A stretch of 63,942 bases of DNA, the filler included, from Trypethelium eluteriae (lineage: Eukaryota): the NCBI GenBank assembly GCA_051942245.1. It is 3 parts of 3 records of this genome, joined end to end, with 100 filler letters (N's around TTAATTAATTAA, not from the genome) between each part and the next. Parts side by side here need not be neighbours in the genome. Positions count along the whole stretch, not along the records: positions 22,932 to 45,726 come from JAVECL010000435.1; positions 45,827 to 63,942 come from JAVECL010000572.1; 1 more part is not named here. One strand, written 5' to 3'. The notes beneath the pieces are model-generated. The model was not told where the DNA came from. It searched no databases and saw only the letters and a list, made by a program, of their open reading frames with translations. Shown here piece after piece: positions 36,167 to 49,247 of this stretch. Position 1 is the first letter of the stretch; each line of letters begins with the position of its first letter. The translations under genes and the position numbers were made by a program.

Positions 36167-37111
36167 CTAGACGGAAGGCGGTGGTGCTTTGCCGGCCTCC
36201 TTATATTTCACCCACATGTCCTGATAATCCGCAACAATGCTCTCCGGGAGCGACCCCTTTTCACAAGCCTTTATGTTCTCCTCCAGCTGCTCCGCGCTAC
36301 CTCCCAGAATTACACCATCATCCTTGCCGAGCACCGAATGATGCATGATCCACCTGAGCGTAGCTTCCTTTACACTGATTCCTTCCCTTTCGCATAGACT
36401 CGTCAAATTCTCCAGAAGCGGGAGTGAGATGTCGTTAATATACATGCTCTGGAATACCGCCATCTCACTCATCCTGCTACCAAGCGTTGGATTACGGAGC
36501 GCATCGACGGGCTTAGAGAAGAAGCTGCCCGCAAGCGGACTGAAGGCATAGAAGGCCATACCCAAATTTCGAAGCGTCGGCAATAGTTCGTCTTCCACTG
36601 CTCGTGTCAAGGGATTGTAGCAGCCTTGGTATGCCGTGGGAAGTACATATCCCTCCTTTTTGCAGATGCTGTGAATGGACCGCACCTCCGCGACATTGAA
36701 ATTGGAGATCCCGAACCGGTCGAATTTCCCTTGATGGTGGAGTTCGTCAATGGCCCTGCAGGATTCCTCAAGGGGCGTCTTTCGGTCTGGGCCGTGGAAA
36801 TAGTACAAGTCCATGCTGTTCGTACCGAGTGCTTTGAGACTCGCATTGCAATTGGCGATGACATTGTTGTAGGAGAGGGAGCCAGGCACGAAGCCTGGAG
36901 CTTTGGTCGCGATGGCAAAGTCCCTCTTGGCAGGGACAGACCCGAGAAGCTCTTCGCTTTTACCGCTATTGTATACTCGTGCCGTGTCTAGTTCCAGCAC
37001 ATTGTGCCTCTTGAGTGACATTAAGAAATCACTGACTTGGTCCGAAGTAGCTAGGGAGGCAGAACCCTTGCCTACGGAACCACCCATGAGCCCAACAATT
37101 ATTTTGGGCAT
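36167..37111 (-). CDS. Aldo-keto reductase, AKR7/aflatoxin B1 aldehyde reductase-like
   Basis: ELDTARVY, IATKA, DLYYFHGPD, FGISNF, YQGCYNPL, FYAFSPLAG and LRWIMHHS. Confidence 0.9.
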   Translation of the reverse strand: MPKIIVGLMGGSVGKGSASLATSDQVSDFLMSLKRHNVLELDTARVYNSGKSEELLGSVPAKRDFAIATKAPGFVPGSLSYNNVIANCNASLKALGTNSMDLYYFHGPDRKTPLEESCRAIDELHHQGKFDRFGISNFNVAEVRSIHSICKKEGYVLPTAYQGCYNPLTRAVEDELLPTLRNLGMAFYAFSPLAGSFFSKPVDALRNPTLGSRMSEMAVFQSMYINDISLPLLENLTSLCEREGISVKEATLRWIMHHSVLGKDDGVILGGSAEQLEENIKACEKGSLPESIVADYQDMWVKYKEAGKAPPPSV

Positions 37112-38208
37112 GATTGGACAGGTAGACTTTATCTCGAGGATTATGGTTGCGTTAGGTAGTCCGTATTGGAAGAAGAAGGGTAGTAAGTGAGACTCTATTG
37201 ATGCTCGAAGGAAGGATACTGTTGGGAAGGAGGAACTCAAGAACCTGGTCTCATCTCACCCTCTACGGCAAGCCGTTTTATATTACGAAGCGACATTAGA
37301 TGAAGGCACGGCTGCTACGCCGATGCCAAGAGTTCTGGATCTTGTGCTTGTAGTTGCACAGAATGCGGCCGCATTGTCCGCCCATCGGGTTCGGCAAAGG
37401 GAGCCACGGGAGCTTGAAAGGTGAGGGTGAGTGATGATGTGAAAGGCGTCCTCTAAGGGGCAGGCGCGGCTGACGGATTTGTGCGCAACGATCTGTGCGC
37501 AACGATTTGTTAAAATCTGGGTAGCTTGCGGTAATATCCAATAAGCCTTGGATAGCTCGGTCACCTCGCACGTGTGTTGAGGCAGATTGACATGATTCAC
37601 AAATATTAGATTTCCATTTCTTCCATCGAGCACGGAGGCTCTTTCCTGATGCACGCTACGTATGAAACACATTTTGCTCACAAAGACACACACACACTCC
37701 CCCCGCCATTCTTGCATTCAAACAAATTGCTCGCAGAGCTTTCACGAACATGCGCCTGACGCCGCTGTTGCGGAAACACAGCAGATCCATAAGAAAGAAG
37801 AGGCAGCAGGAATAGATAGACCCGAGGACGAAAGGAAAAACCGGCGAGAGGAAGCTTATATCCCTCCAAACCACACGATAAAAAGGGGCTTCGATGAAAC
37901 CCATCAAGAAGAGGAAGATAGGAGCGAAAGGACGTTCCAAATTCTTGCAAAGCTAACAACATGATATCCATCCCTCCCATCTTCCATGTTTTCTTCCCCG
38001 CCCCTGGCCTTTCACGACACTGGCCCATCACACACCATCCCAAGTTAGAGAAAACGACCTCGAGCATTTTTTTGGTGAGGGTCCAAAGCTGCCGCCCTAA
38101 GAGATCTGTATTGAAAAACGGAAGGAACGACCCCCAAATCGGGTCGACATTCCCATGAGAAATGTGCGCTACTACCAGGCTATGCTGTCCAGGACTTAGA
38201 TTTGCGAA

Positions 38209-38230
38209 TGTGTGTGTGTGTGTGTGTGTG
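38209..38230. repeat. (TG)11 microsatellite in the 3' flank of the BNI4-like gene
   Basis: Read directly from the sequence. Confidence 0.95.
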
Positions 38231-38452
38231 TACTCATAAACCTGAAAAATGGCAAAAAGAGATGTCAAGGTTGTGAAAGCTCATAGGAAAGTTACATGAT
38301 CGGACCGGAAAGAGGAGAGTTGCTATGCTCGTCCATGCTGCGCGAGTAGAATTCCGGAGTCTTTGAAAGCTGACAGCCCCGCCCGAACCCCGTATAACGC
38401 CGTGACCCATGTGGTGATGGGTTTATGCAGGGGAGATGTTGGTGGGTAGTCA

Positions 38453-40990
38453 TTAGAAGAAGTGAGTATGCGGTTTTGATTGCTCGTGGACCTCCATTTC
38501 CTACATCCCAAATTAACAACGAGCCAAGTATTATGAGACGGATGATCTGGAAACGTACCATTTTGAAGGAATTGAGCTCCTCTTTGATCTGCTGCGCTAA
38601 GAGTGGGGTCAATCGATTGCAAGTCGCAATTTCGCCCCGACGGTCATATTCTTGCGCTGCATAGACCTCGTGAAATTGAATGCGAGGACTGAAACTGATG
38701 TTCCGAGGTGGCGTGCCCGTATTCAACCGCGAGACTCTCTGCGTAAAATAGTCGAGGTCTGTCTGATTCGTAGGTGTACCAATCCGTCTGGGATGGTCAT
38801 CACTTGGCGTGCTCGGAGCACTAGAGGCAGGGCTATCATTGATGCGAGGAATTTGGGGTAGGCCAGTGAATTCGCCTATTTTCTGATCGGCAGGGTGTGC
38901 GACTGGGGATGAGGTTGCAGAGTTGGTTCCGACACCTATCAATAGCTCGTCAGCAATTTAGAAAGTATATGTAGATTGTTGTAGGTTCGTACGCTTGAGA
39001 ATGCCCTTTTTGAGCGTCATAGCAGCGTGAACCTCTGCTCGCTCTCTTTCTCCCCCCATGATACTCTTGCGAGCAGTAGCATCCGCGTTATTGATATCAG
39101 CCGTGGTTGGTCTTTCGTCCAAGACACCAACGCTCGCAGCATCAAGAGAGTTCCTCTCCAGCTTAGGAAACCCAGTGCCCCCACCAACCTGCTCGGCTGG
39201 GTGGGCATTTACGTTAACCTTTTCACGTTCTGCTTCTACTGTCACCATCGAGACCTGCGCGGCTGGCGCCTGTTGGATCGGTCCGTCGGCTGCCGGAACG
39301 CCAATCACAGATTTTGGACGGAAGAGTCCCTTAATCGACCGAGCGCCTTTCTTGGCACCTTTGCCCATCTTACGAAGCATTATGGATGCCGATGAGGCAG
39401 TCGAAGATATGGAGAGGTTGTCAGTGGACCCGGAGAATCCACCCTGACCCGAATAGATGCCCGCTCCTATGCCTGCTGCTTCTTGACGTGCAGCGATCGC
39501 CGCATGTTCGGCCTCTTCCGCATCTGCAGGTGTTGGGGTTGGCTCATTCTTGGTCAACTTCTTCGGAGCGCCAGCTTTGCTGTCTGCACGATTCAGTTCC
39601 TGGGCACTGCCAAATGAAAAGGCCCTTCTTAATCTTGACTTGACACCCTGCTTAGGATCGCGTTCGTTGAGTGCAGCTAGAGACTGCGCAGCAGTCGTAG
39701 GTGCTGGCCTAGCGGCCGGTGCAGGTGCAGGTGCAGGTGCAGATGTAGGTATAGGGGCTTTAGCAGCAACCTGGGCCCATGATCTAGTCTCATTAGGTTT
39801 CGTTGGGCCATCTTCGCGTGTTGTTGCAGGTTTCGAAAGCGGTGATGGGGCAAGGACGCGTTTGGTGGCGTCCGAAGAGCCTCTTGCGGGGATGTTGACA
39901 GACTTGGCTTCGCTTCGGGTAGTGGTAGGATTGATTTGGGAGGGCGTGGACACAGCTGTCGACTGCGATTCTCGTCGCGACTGAAAAAGCATTAGCACTG
40001 TAGATAGGATCCGGCCAAGGTTCAGCGAAGGCATTTGCTCACCGAAGATGGTCTAATGTCTGTGTGTATTGGAGTGACATTTTCCTTGGATACACTTTCT
40101 TTGCTCGGAGTTCGCTCATGATGAGACACGGGTCGAGCAGCTAGCTGACTATTGTCACGGCTCTGAACCGGTCGTGCTGCATTTGACTCAGGAGTAGGTA
40201 GGTTTCCCCATCCACTTGTATCAACATTTGCTAGACTCCTTCGTCGATAGCGTTTGGCTAGTTCAGATCCGCCTGTACGAGGTACAACGCTGTCATCCGC
40301 ACTTATGCCTGAGCCTAGACTTCCACTCCGTCGTCTTACTTGGGATGCAGATTCATCGTCAGAAAAGAGGTTCCCGACCGTGGCCATGCCACCAGCAGAT
40401 GGCTGTGCTGAGCCTTTGGAGGCTTGGGTCGGAACAGTCGTCTCGGCTCTTCGGTGACCACGGCGATATCTGTCCGGCGTAGACTTGGGGTTGGTACCAT
40501 CAATGCTGAGGGTTAGATCAGGTACTGATGTGGATAGGTTCATGACAGGAACCACCCTCGGATTGACGTCATTCAGCTTTTTAGTATTTACAGAAATGGC
40601 AGAATCATCCTGGGAGACGGAAGGATTGGACCCAGATGAAGAAGAGGATTGACTTGATGTTGACGAGGTGGCGACATGTCCTTGTCGTAGACCGGGTGGC
40701 GGTAGGCCTTGAGTATTTTGGTTGAAGACGTCTGGGGCCGAGCTGGTTCGAACCTCAGTACGAAGGTTGGGTGTGTGCTGGAATGCGTAAGGGGCTACGG
40801 GAGCTGTCGAAGTCCCTCTGTATCCCAATCCATTTTGATTATTGAACGCGCCACGTGCAGTATGTGACTGCCGAGTTTGTTGTGATTGTCCCAACGACCC
40901 ATTGTGAAAAGCATCGGCCGACGAGGGGCGAGAGTGCATCATGGAGTGATTCGGAGGGGACTGTAGAACAGGTGCTAGTACCTCAGCCAT
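38453..40990 (-). CDS. Bni4-like protein (PP1/Glc7-targeting, Phactr-type C-terminus); exons 40990-40043, 39980-38993, 38935-38559, 38500-38453
   Basis: KKGILK, ISFSPRIQF, EYDRRGEIATCNRLTPLLAQQIKEELNSFKM-EMEVHEQSKPHTHFF; three canonical introns in frame. Confidence 0.85.
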
Positions 40991-41835
40991 GAGGCTTGGG
41001 GGCAAGGACTGGCTTCGTGCAGAGTGTAGGGGTAACGGTGAACGAGGAATCAACCTAGAAATGAGAGAATCCTTTAGCATTCCGTCTGGTACCCATCGGC
41101 AGCAAATAACACGTGATGGCTATGGAAACAACGGGTGGGGAAAGATTTGGTTGTGAGGGCAGAAGATATCCAGGTTGAAGGGTGTCCCGAAGTTGTCACG
41201 TACCCCCTTTCGCTTATGGTGGCACGGATAAACACGCGACGAGCAACAAAAGGGCAATACGTACAGATAATGGCGGTATATTAAGACAATTGTAGAAGCG
41301 AAATCGTATCGTGATCGTGTCGGGGATGAATTAGCTGGCCGGGACGGTCAAGGAGCGATGCCACAGAATGGTGCCGCAGACCTTGCCGGGAGCGATCCTA
41401 GGCATGCAAAGGGAAAAATAAGTCCTGCCGGAGCGGACGAGAGGGGTGTGTTCAAGCGGACATTGAAGCTTGCAAGGTCGACAAGGCGGAAGACCTGTCA
41501 AATGGAGCGTTTCGGAGGGGTAGTGAAGGTGTTGGCAAGCGAGTGTTGGGATTGCCCACTGTGAGGAATGACGCCTTCGAGGTCTCGGGGAACGAGCCGG
41601 GCCAGAAAACAGCTGCAGCAGCGCAAAAACGAGACGGCAAAGAAATGCACAAACAACGGGGGGCCGGCCTGGCAGAGAGAGGTCGTGAGGATAGGCGGCG
41701 GGGGGTAGAAAAGGGAGTCAGGCTGAGGACGTCAAGATAGTGGGAATCATGGGGGAGAGATGGATGCGAGAGGAGTTGTTTCGGCAGCGAGGCTAACGCC
41801 AGCTCGCTTCTGATTGGCCCACAACGCCCACTCGA

Positions 41836-41889
41836 GCTCCCTGATGCTCCTTGATGCTCCCTGATGCTTGGGTGCTTTGGTGCTTTGGT
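41836..41889. repeat. Short imperfect tandem repeat (GCTCCYTGAT x3, then TGGTGCTT x2)
   Basis: gctccctgat gctccttgat gctccctgat gcttgggtgctttggtgctttggt, in the long upstream region of the BNI4-like gene. Confidence 0.85.
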
Positions 41890-44800
41890 CACTACTGATG
41901 CTTTCAAAGGGGGGGGACCCACGGCCATACACTATCAGTGCGTCTGCAGAAAAGAGTCGACAATCTCGGTCAAGTCAATTGCTTTCTCAGATGGTATCTC
42001 GTCATGCCTTTTTGCTTTGTCTCTCATCGGGGATGTGCATGACCCTTCGTGGTTGGCCGAGCTCTCACTGCGGATACGTACACCTCAGTTCTTTGCTTGC
42101 CTCCCGTTCCTTTCCATGGCCCATCGCTTCTCCCGTCCCACGCCTATGCAGCGCTAGGTGCAATGTCGACCCTGGGGCTTATGCACGCTGGCGTTGGGGG
42201 GGGCCCAGGAGGCGCGATGCCAGAACAGTCGACACCCTACCGCCGCCCCAAGCCTCTCTTCCGCCTCTGACTGTGTATGAGAACCATGATAATAATCCCG
42301 AAACGCTCACCAACCCATTTCCGACCCAGCCGTTCTTACCGTCGCTTGCCCGCCAGCTCGACTGTCTCCTCAATTGTTGCCAGAACCAGATCGACACGGC
42401 GTTGGTACTCCGTATGCATTAGTTAGACCGCGAGCGGCCTACGGTCATGACCTGAATCAGTGGCTGTCAAATGCTGCGTTCATTGGAGCCACCAGGGCTC
42501 CAAGCGGCGGGCCAGCGAAGGTCGGCCTCCTCTCCGCCAATCGTCGCTGCATTCGCCAAGAATCTCCCTCACATGTACTTTTTCTCCGCTGTAGCTACAT
42601 GGTGATAGGGACTGGCGTGCTGCACCACAATACTGGAGACGACGGTGGGTACATACGGAGCAGCAGGCATGGCCTCGTATTGGACCCGCTGGATGCTCTG
42701 GGTGCTCTGCCTTCCACCCTTCAATTCTCGCCAACGGCGAACGCGCAATCGCGGGAGGTTCCACTCCCCAACAGGAATAGCCTGTCCAGGGCTTACATGC
42801 GGCGACATCCTCATCCATTTCATTATCAATTGCCCACGGACATTTGTTTCATGTTCAAAAGGCCTGGATGGAGATCTTCATATCAATGACATCTCATCTC
42901 CAGGGACCTGCGGTGGATATGTAGTGCCATGGTGCCCTTATCGCACTACCCTGCCCTGCCTCCCGGTACCGCATCTTTCGCGAGCTTTCGCAATCTTTCG
43001 CAATCTAAGATAGATCATCGCGAGCATCCCCGTGAGAATTGCCTCACGCTCCGGTAATCCGGCACATTGACTTTCCGTAGACACCAGCATAGGCTGGCCA
43101 GTGAGCGACTGGGAAAAGACCAGATTGCCGTCAAGTGTGAAGGGCATCCCGGAGCCTCTACTGCTCTGTTCTAGGAGCCCCTTAAACGCCGTCTATGAAG
43201 GCTTATGATTGGAGATGGTGCCTGCAAGACTTCTGGGCCGGATGTGGCACAGCGTCTTTGACCCCACAATGTCACTGCACAGTCGCTGCACAGTCGCTGC
43301 AGGTGCGGCTTTGGTCTGGATCTTTTCCTTGCACTTCGTATGCGGACTAACCCGTCCTCCGTCCACTCCTTTTCCACCGCCACCAATAGCAGGCTACTGC
43401 TCATCTAGCCGCACATCCTTCGCTTTCCCTCCCTTTAGCCAAGCTCGACAGTTTTAACCGTATCTGATCTTCGAGATCTACTATGGCAGCCGCGAGATCA
43501 GATCGGACATTTATTTTCGGACTGGTCCGGCCGACGATCTTGTGCTAAGTTATTAGACTTCGACCTAACTCGTGGGGAAAGACCTCAAACCACTCTCATC
43601 TCCCTACATTTGCAATCCATCCTCACCAAATGGCACTGCTATCTTTCCTATCTCATCCGATGCAGAGGTTATGAGCCACAATTGAACTTGTTTCAGACTT
43701 GAATGCTACTGAGTCTCAGGCGACTGATGGGTTCCACGGCTCCCGCCCGAAGCGGTCTTCGCACTGGAAATAGAAGCAATGGCTGAACTTAAAAATTTCC
43801 TCGCAGTTTTCGCGCGACGTCACTACATCCGGTCTGTTGGGTCAGCACAAAAAAAAACAAAAAAAAAACAGCACGACGACAGCGACGACACCAACAACAG
43901 AGTTCGAAATCAATGGCCTACTGGGGACCTTGCTCAACCCTATGGGTTTGTCGGAGAATCAGATCAATCGTACCTGGAGGTGGATTGCAGGATCTGGGTC
44001 CAAGATTCGCTATGTCCGTAGTGCGTCATCTGTGGCCATGAATCGACAGAGGTACCCGTGGTGCCGTGCCTCACCCGGACCCATGTCCTTCTCCAATGAT
44101 CTTCAAGCACGTTGTCTATGTGGCTTAGCGGGATTTCGGAGCTCAATGAGCGAGTATCAAAGTCTGTTTCCAGATTGACCGCAGAAGCAGCAGAGTAAGT
44201 AACACGAGCGCACTGTCCGAAACAATTGCTACTTCCTATTAATGAAGCTCAATTCCAGACGCAAGGAAATGTATGCTTATTGCAACATCACAATGCGATG
44301 CGAAGTCGGAGAATCATACGCTCTAAGTTATCCATATTTCCTCTAGAGAGTGCATTGCATCTCGATGCTTCTGCAGGCCGAGGAGCTGTACAACATCAAT
44401 GCCCACTCTGATCTGGAATTCGTTCCGTAATCCCTGGAATGCCTATTCTCTAGCCGTAACTTCTTTTGACCGCTATTTATCAGGACTACGACTATGCTTG
44501 GGATCACGATTGTCACACCTTTCAAGCTACAATTGTTGTAATTCCGGAGAGAATGCCACCGTCTACGCTGACCGCTCTTTTCGCATTGATGCTGTTGCAC
44601 AGAATTGTCTGGCTTCTCCTGCTGAAACAGATCAAACAATCGCCTGGCCAGGGGTCCCTCCCTATATCCTGGGATTACTGGGCACCACTCCTTGGGTTCG
44701 TCAGGATTGCGATGTCGTAAGCGTGCTAATGCCCCAAAAGCACGATACTGGAAACTCCGGGATACAAACTCTAATATGCAACTCCTCTCGTGTCTATCTC

Positions 44801-45631
44801 GCTCCCAGATCCTTGCCGAGCTGAACCTTGGCCTGTGCAGAACCTTGGAAATGCACTCAATACTCTTGGCTCCAGAAACTTACGTCAACTATCAGAAGAA
44901 CTCGAGAATTCTTTTTTCCTTCTTAGGATTACCTCATATCCAATAAGGAAATGTGGAGGACCGACTTCGTGACTGAAAGATGTGAGACTCGTCTCCGTAT
45001 CTCGGGCGGTGATTCACGCTGAACTAGTCTCTGTTTCCCGGTACGCAGAGACATTACCTCGTTGCCTCCATCACCGGCTGCGGCCTACGTAGGGTTGACA
45101 TCATGGGGGCTTAAACATTTGACGCACTAAAGCCATCACAGCAAGGGCTCAGTATTTTCATCTCCGGTGAGTAGCTCGCGAAGTTACCCAACGAGCAAAC
45201 TGAACAAGGCGTTCGATACGGGGTATGCTCTAGGAAGACTTTTGCTGCTGGGATGTAACACTAAAAAGCATATTTGGAAAAGAGCAGCTCCTGACTTTTG
45301 TGACCCTTAGATTTTCTAGAATAACGTGAGACTTAAATGCCTGTTCGCGGTATATATAAGAAATGATCGCCAGCAAGGATCACTTCTAGTCGTGCATTGG
45401 CCAAGACGCCGTAAGCCAAACCGTGTTCCCGCAAAATTCCTCCAGCTAGCCACATGGACGTAACAACATACAGTGTCATTTGCGCTCTGCTGTCATGTTG
45501 CTGATATATGGTGTTGAGTTGAGGAATTAGTCTTTCCATATAACCTCCTCTGAGCCTTACCATCGCGAATCGCATGTCCGACAAACCTTAATTATAGCCA
45601 ATCCCACTCTCTCCAACCCAACCCTCTCGCA

Positions 45632-45726
45632 ATGTACCACCTCGCCAAAGCCCTCTACCTCCACCTCACCTCCAAACCCGAATACTCAATCCTCCTCCTC
45701 GGCCTCGACAACGCCGGCAAAACCAC
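45632..45726 (+). CDS. ARL3: Partial: ARF-like small GTPase Arl3/ARFRP1 N-terminus, cut by spacer
   Basis: MYHLAKALYLHLTSKPEYSILLLGLDNAGKT has the P-loop and the M-Y start typical of the ARFRP1/yeast Arl3 subfamily. Confidence 0.85.
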
Positions 45727-45826
45727 NNNNNNNNNNNNNNNNNNNNNNNNNNNNNNNNNNNNNNNNNNNNTTAATTAATTAANNNNNNNNNNNNNNNNNN
45801 NNNNNNNNNNNNNNNNNNNNNNNNNN
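45727..45826. other. Artificial contig spacer (44 N + TTAATTAATTAA + 44 N)
   Basis: The 12-mer lies at 45771-45782. Confidence 0.97.
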
Positions 45827-46197
45827 CCCGCACCTACAGCAACCGCATGCACACCCACACCACCGCCCTCCTACCCCCCCTCGAAGCCGATCCGGCCTCT
45901 ACGACAGCGCGCTACGAGCGCATTCGCGGCACCCTCACCGTCCTCACCTTCTCCGCTTCGACCACCATCCTCGCCGTCGTTTGCGTCCTCGCGGCAACGG
46001 GGCGGCACAAGCAGGCGTACGAGGTTGACGCGGGGATTCTGTTCGGGATCGTGGTGAATCTGGTGTTTGCGTGTGTCGGGTTGGGGTGTCTGGTGAGTGG
46101 GCGGAGCACGAGCTGGGTTGGGTGGTGCGGCGGATTGGTGCTATTTGCGGTGATTTGTGTGGGGAATGGGGGATTGTGCGCTTGGTTGGTGAGTTGA
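45827..46197 (+). CDS. Small membrane protein with about 3 hydrophobic segments, possibly the 3' part of a gene cut by the spacer
   Basis: ORF 45847-46197 has three hydrophobic stretches, and the frame is open back to the contig edge. No family recognised. Confidence 0.5.
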
Positions 46198-46974
46198 GAA
46201 GAGGGTGAAGATTCAAGAATGCAAGGGTTTTGTAGGAAATGGGAGGATTTGTGTGGTTTGGTGACCCCTGCTTTATGAGGTTCGGATAGTATGGCTTTAT
46301 GCTTTGGTCTTCGGAACATTCTTATTGTAATTTCATTGCTGTCTTATTTACGATAAGGACTAATAATGATCAATGGGATTCAATATCAAAATCAAGTAAA
46401 CTCCCTTCAGTCATCCTCTCAAGCACGCCACCAAGTGACAGGTGGAGCGATTGAAGAAAAGCGTCCAAGTGAGACGCAGAGACTTCAGCGTAGATGACAG
46501 CACTACAGGCGCATCAGCACTGTATCAGGATCAGATGACAAACCGACTGACCTGTAACGACTCATGACGGCATCTAGGCTAACTTGTCCGAAACGAATGA
46601 AGACTTCGTTAGAAATGGTCGCGCTGGGGGACTCATTGCTGATTCGGCGGAGGCATTCCATCTAAAGTCTTCTCGATCAAGTTTTGGCGCTCGACATCGT
46701 ACTGGGTGAGCGGTAGCTGCGGAGTTTGAACTCTCATGTTTGCCTGGACAGCCGTCGATTCCATGATTCGGAGCGATGTAGGTTGTAGTACACTCTGATC
46801 CAGACCCAAGGACACACTGAGCCGGAGGCTTAAACAAAGTGAAATGAGAGAGAGAGGCATGAGATCCCGGGCGCAGCGTCTGATCAGAGAGATGCAATGC
46901 GCTTCCGTAACACGGTGAAGTTGCCAAAATGGGTTGCGTCCTAAGCACTCTCGCAGCGCAAGTAGCAAAGGTCC

Positions 46975-47807
46975 TCAAGTCTGAGAATTTTGTACTCTGT
47001 AGTAAAGTCAGTCTATCGATCGTGTCGATCACGTTGTGCATACCCGTGAGCATCCTTCAATTCCTTGACGGGAACACGTGATAGAAAGATGGACATGACG
47101 GGCACGGCGCGAAATTTTGGTTTGGCCACCAATTTACGTTCGATCGCGGAAAGCATGGTCTCGAAAGCCAGGCCATCTTCACTGTCATCTTCAGAAGCGT
47201 TATCTCGCTTGTCGCTGTTCGAAAGCTTCCGTTCAATCTCAACCATCTTCGGTTCAACGCATGAGTATTGAAACCAGGGCATTTTCTTATCGTCAAGGTT
47301 TCGCTTAGTGATCTCAGCAATAGTGATGAGCTTAGATGCAACACCTTCTCTTGCCGTGAGAGCGAGTATGATAGGCTTTTGTGAAGTCCCTTCAGTAGAG
47401 GCTGAGGTCAGGATTTGAGTGGCCTGCTGGACTTTGTTGCGTATCTTAGTTGAAGAGATCACTGACATCATCCTCACATCGTAGCGGCTGAGAACCTCAA
47501 GCTCTTTTGTAAGCTTTGGCAAAGTATAGTTCTTAAGTCGAGCGTTAGCGGCTGTGGCTCCGTCTGTAGCATTCTCAAAGGCTGGGTCATCCGCAGACAA
47601 AGCGCGTTTATTTGCGTCACTATCGGTTTTCTCGCTGCCTAGCCCTGGGAGTTTGCGTCTTTGATTCTCGGCGAGGACGTTAAGCAGAGCGTCTTCTCTG
47701 TTCTTTGATGCTCGTGCGGCTTCTGGAATATGTGGGCCGTCAGATCCACCTGCGTCTGAAACGTGGGCAAGTTTCTGCTTCTTGAATTCACTTCTCATAG
47801 TCATCAC
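46975..47807 (-). CDS. Alba-like DNA/RNA-binding domain protein; exons 47807-47044, 46996-46975
   Basis: MSVISSTKI, VASKLITIAEITKR, WFQYS and KFRAVPVMSIFLSRVPV. A terminal intron gives the ending GVQNSQT*. Confidence 0.78.
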
Positions 47808-49247
47808 GAGAGTGATAAGTGACCTTTCTCAAATTCGAAAACGGAAGAATGAAGGCATAATGTGGCTGAGGTGGAGATCGGCAATAGTTCATATGACTGT
47901 AGTGTACGGGAAATTCCGAAGAATTGCCATTGGCAATCACTCCCAGCTGTAGGATAGACAGACAAAGTTTTCTGACCCGTTGATATGTGGATGCATGGAG
48001 CGCCGAACGATCTATGCGGTACGGAGTATACCTTGTTCCTCGCTGAGGTATAATTTCGCACGGCCTCTACTCTACCTAAGAGCAAATCCGAGGTAGGGGA
48101 CATTACATAAGCCAACCAGCACAACACGTGACAGTCTCCTGGAAAATGAGTGGAGATTAACGTAGACCAGGCTGCTTCATACAAACAAAGGCAAGAAACT
48201 ACCTAGGTGGAGATCTCGCTTCGTTCGTACGAGCTGATACTCAACGTTACCCAAGGAGAACGCCGCTCAACACTCGTGGTCGCTGGTGGTTAGGTGAGGA
48301 AGATTGCTGTGGATGCCTGACGTATTGATTCACGAGTTGAGAAGGGAACGCGCGTTACTTGGGGTCCGAGGTATGTAAATGCCCGTCGCTTTCCATGCAA
48401 ACAAACAAGAGTCAGTGGCTTTCGATGGAGGCGGATATCTGTCCAGTCAAGATACTTTCCTAGAAAAATCAAGCCTTTCCCACACGTTTTGAGATTGTCA
48501 AAGCATCACAACTCCAAACTGATGTCTCAAGTCGCTGCACATCATTTGTTCTGGAAAAGCGCCTCAGCGTGCCTAGGGCCGAATTCCGCCGGCTGGTGCC
48601 CACGTACCAATCAGGGAGCTCCTTCGTCTCGTCGCGGCGTGAAGTGCAACTAACCGTGCCAGGGGGGATCGCCTCTCATGCGTCAGCCCCCCGTATTGCA
48701 TCGCTGGATCAGGTCGTAGCGCAATCTACTGCCGTGGGTCCATTTCCCGTGCTTCTTCCTCTCCCGCGACCGGGTCGATTTGTCTGACCATCACCACTTT
48801 CTCCCTTGACCAACACTGCCCTTTGGCCTTCACATCCCGAACTCACTTTCCTACTTTCTGCCTCTATCACGGCCGCACCGCCCTTACCTTTGCTCCAGCT
48901 GGACCTCGAGCCTTACACCTTCGAAGGATTGTGTTACTATTTGTAATCCACGCTCCTTAGCTCCGGCGCCCCATTTCATCATCTTCGCCTCATCCTTGGC
49001 TACCGAACTCCATCTCCAGAACACGACTGCAATACGCCTCTCACCACTGTTTTGGTCATTCACTTCTTGCCGTTCATTTTATTGCTTCGCACCTACTCCT
49101 TTTAATGTCCTTTCTCTAGTGGTTGCGCCCTTTTTGTCGCTGCGGCGCAATCTTCGTTAGGCAACCTCTCAGAGATAAGCCTGTCAGCGCAGCAACGTTA
49201 CTGGCGATACACAGAATTCTACACAGTAGCTTTTCTGCCGATGACAC

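Noticed and set aside
37283..38268. ORFs of 100-196 aa including a HTHTHT stretch
   Set aside because: They derive from a microsatellite and low-complexity UTR-like sequence between AKR7 and the BNI4-like gene.
41836..41889. Tandem repeat as a CRISPR-like or telomeric array
   Set aside because: It has no spacers, only 2-3 short units, is not TTAGGG, and the context is eukaryotic.
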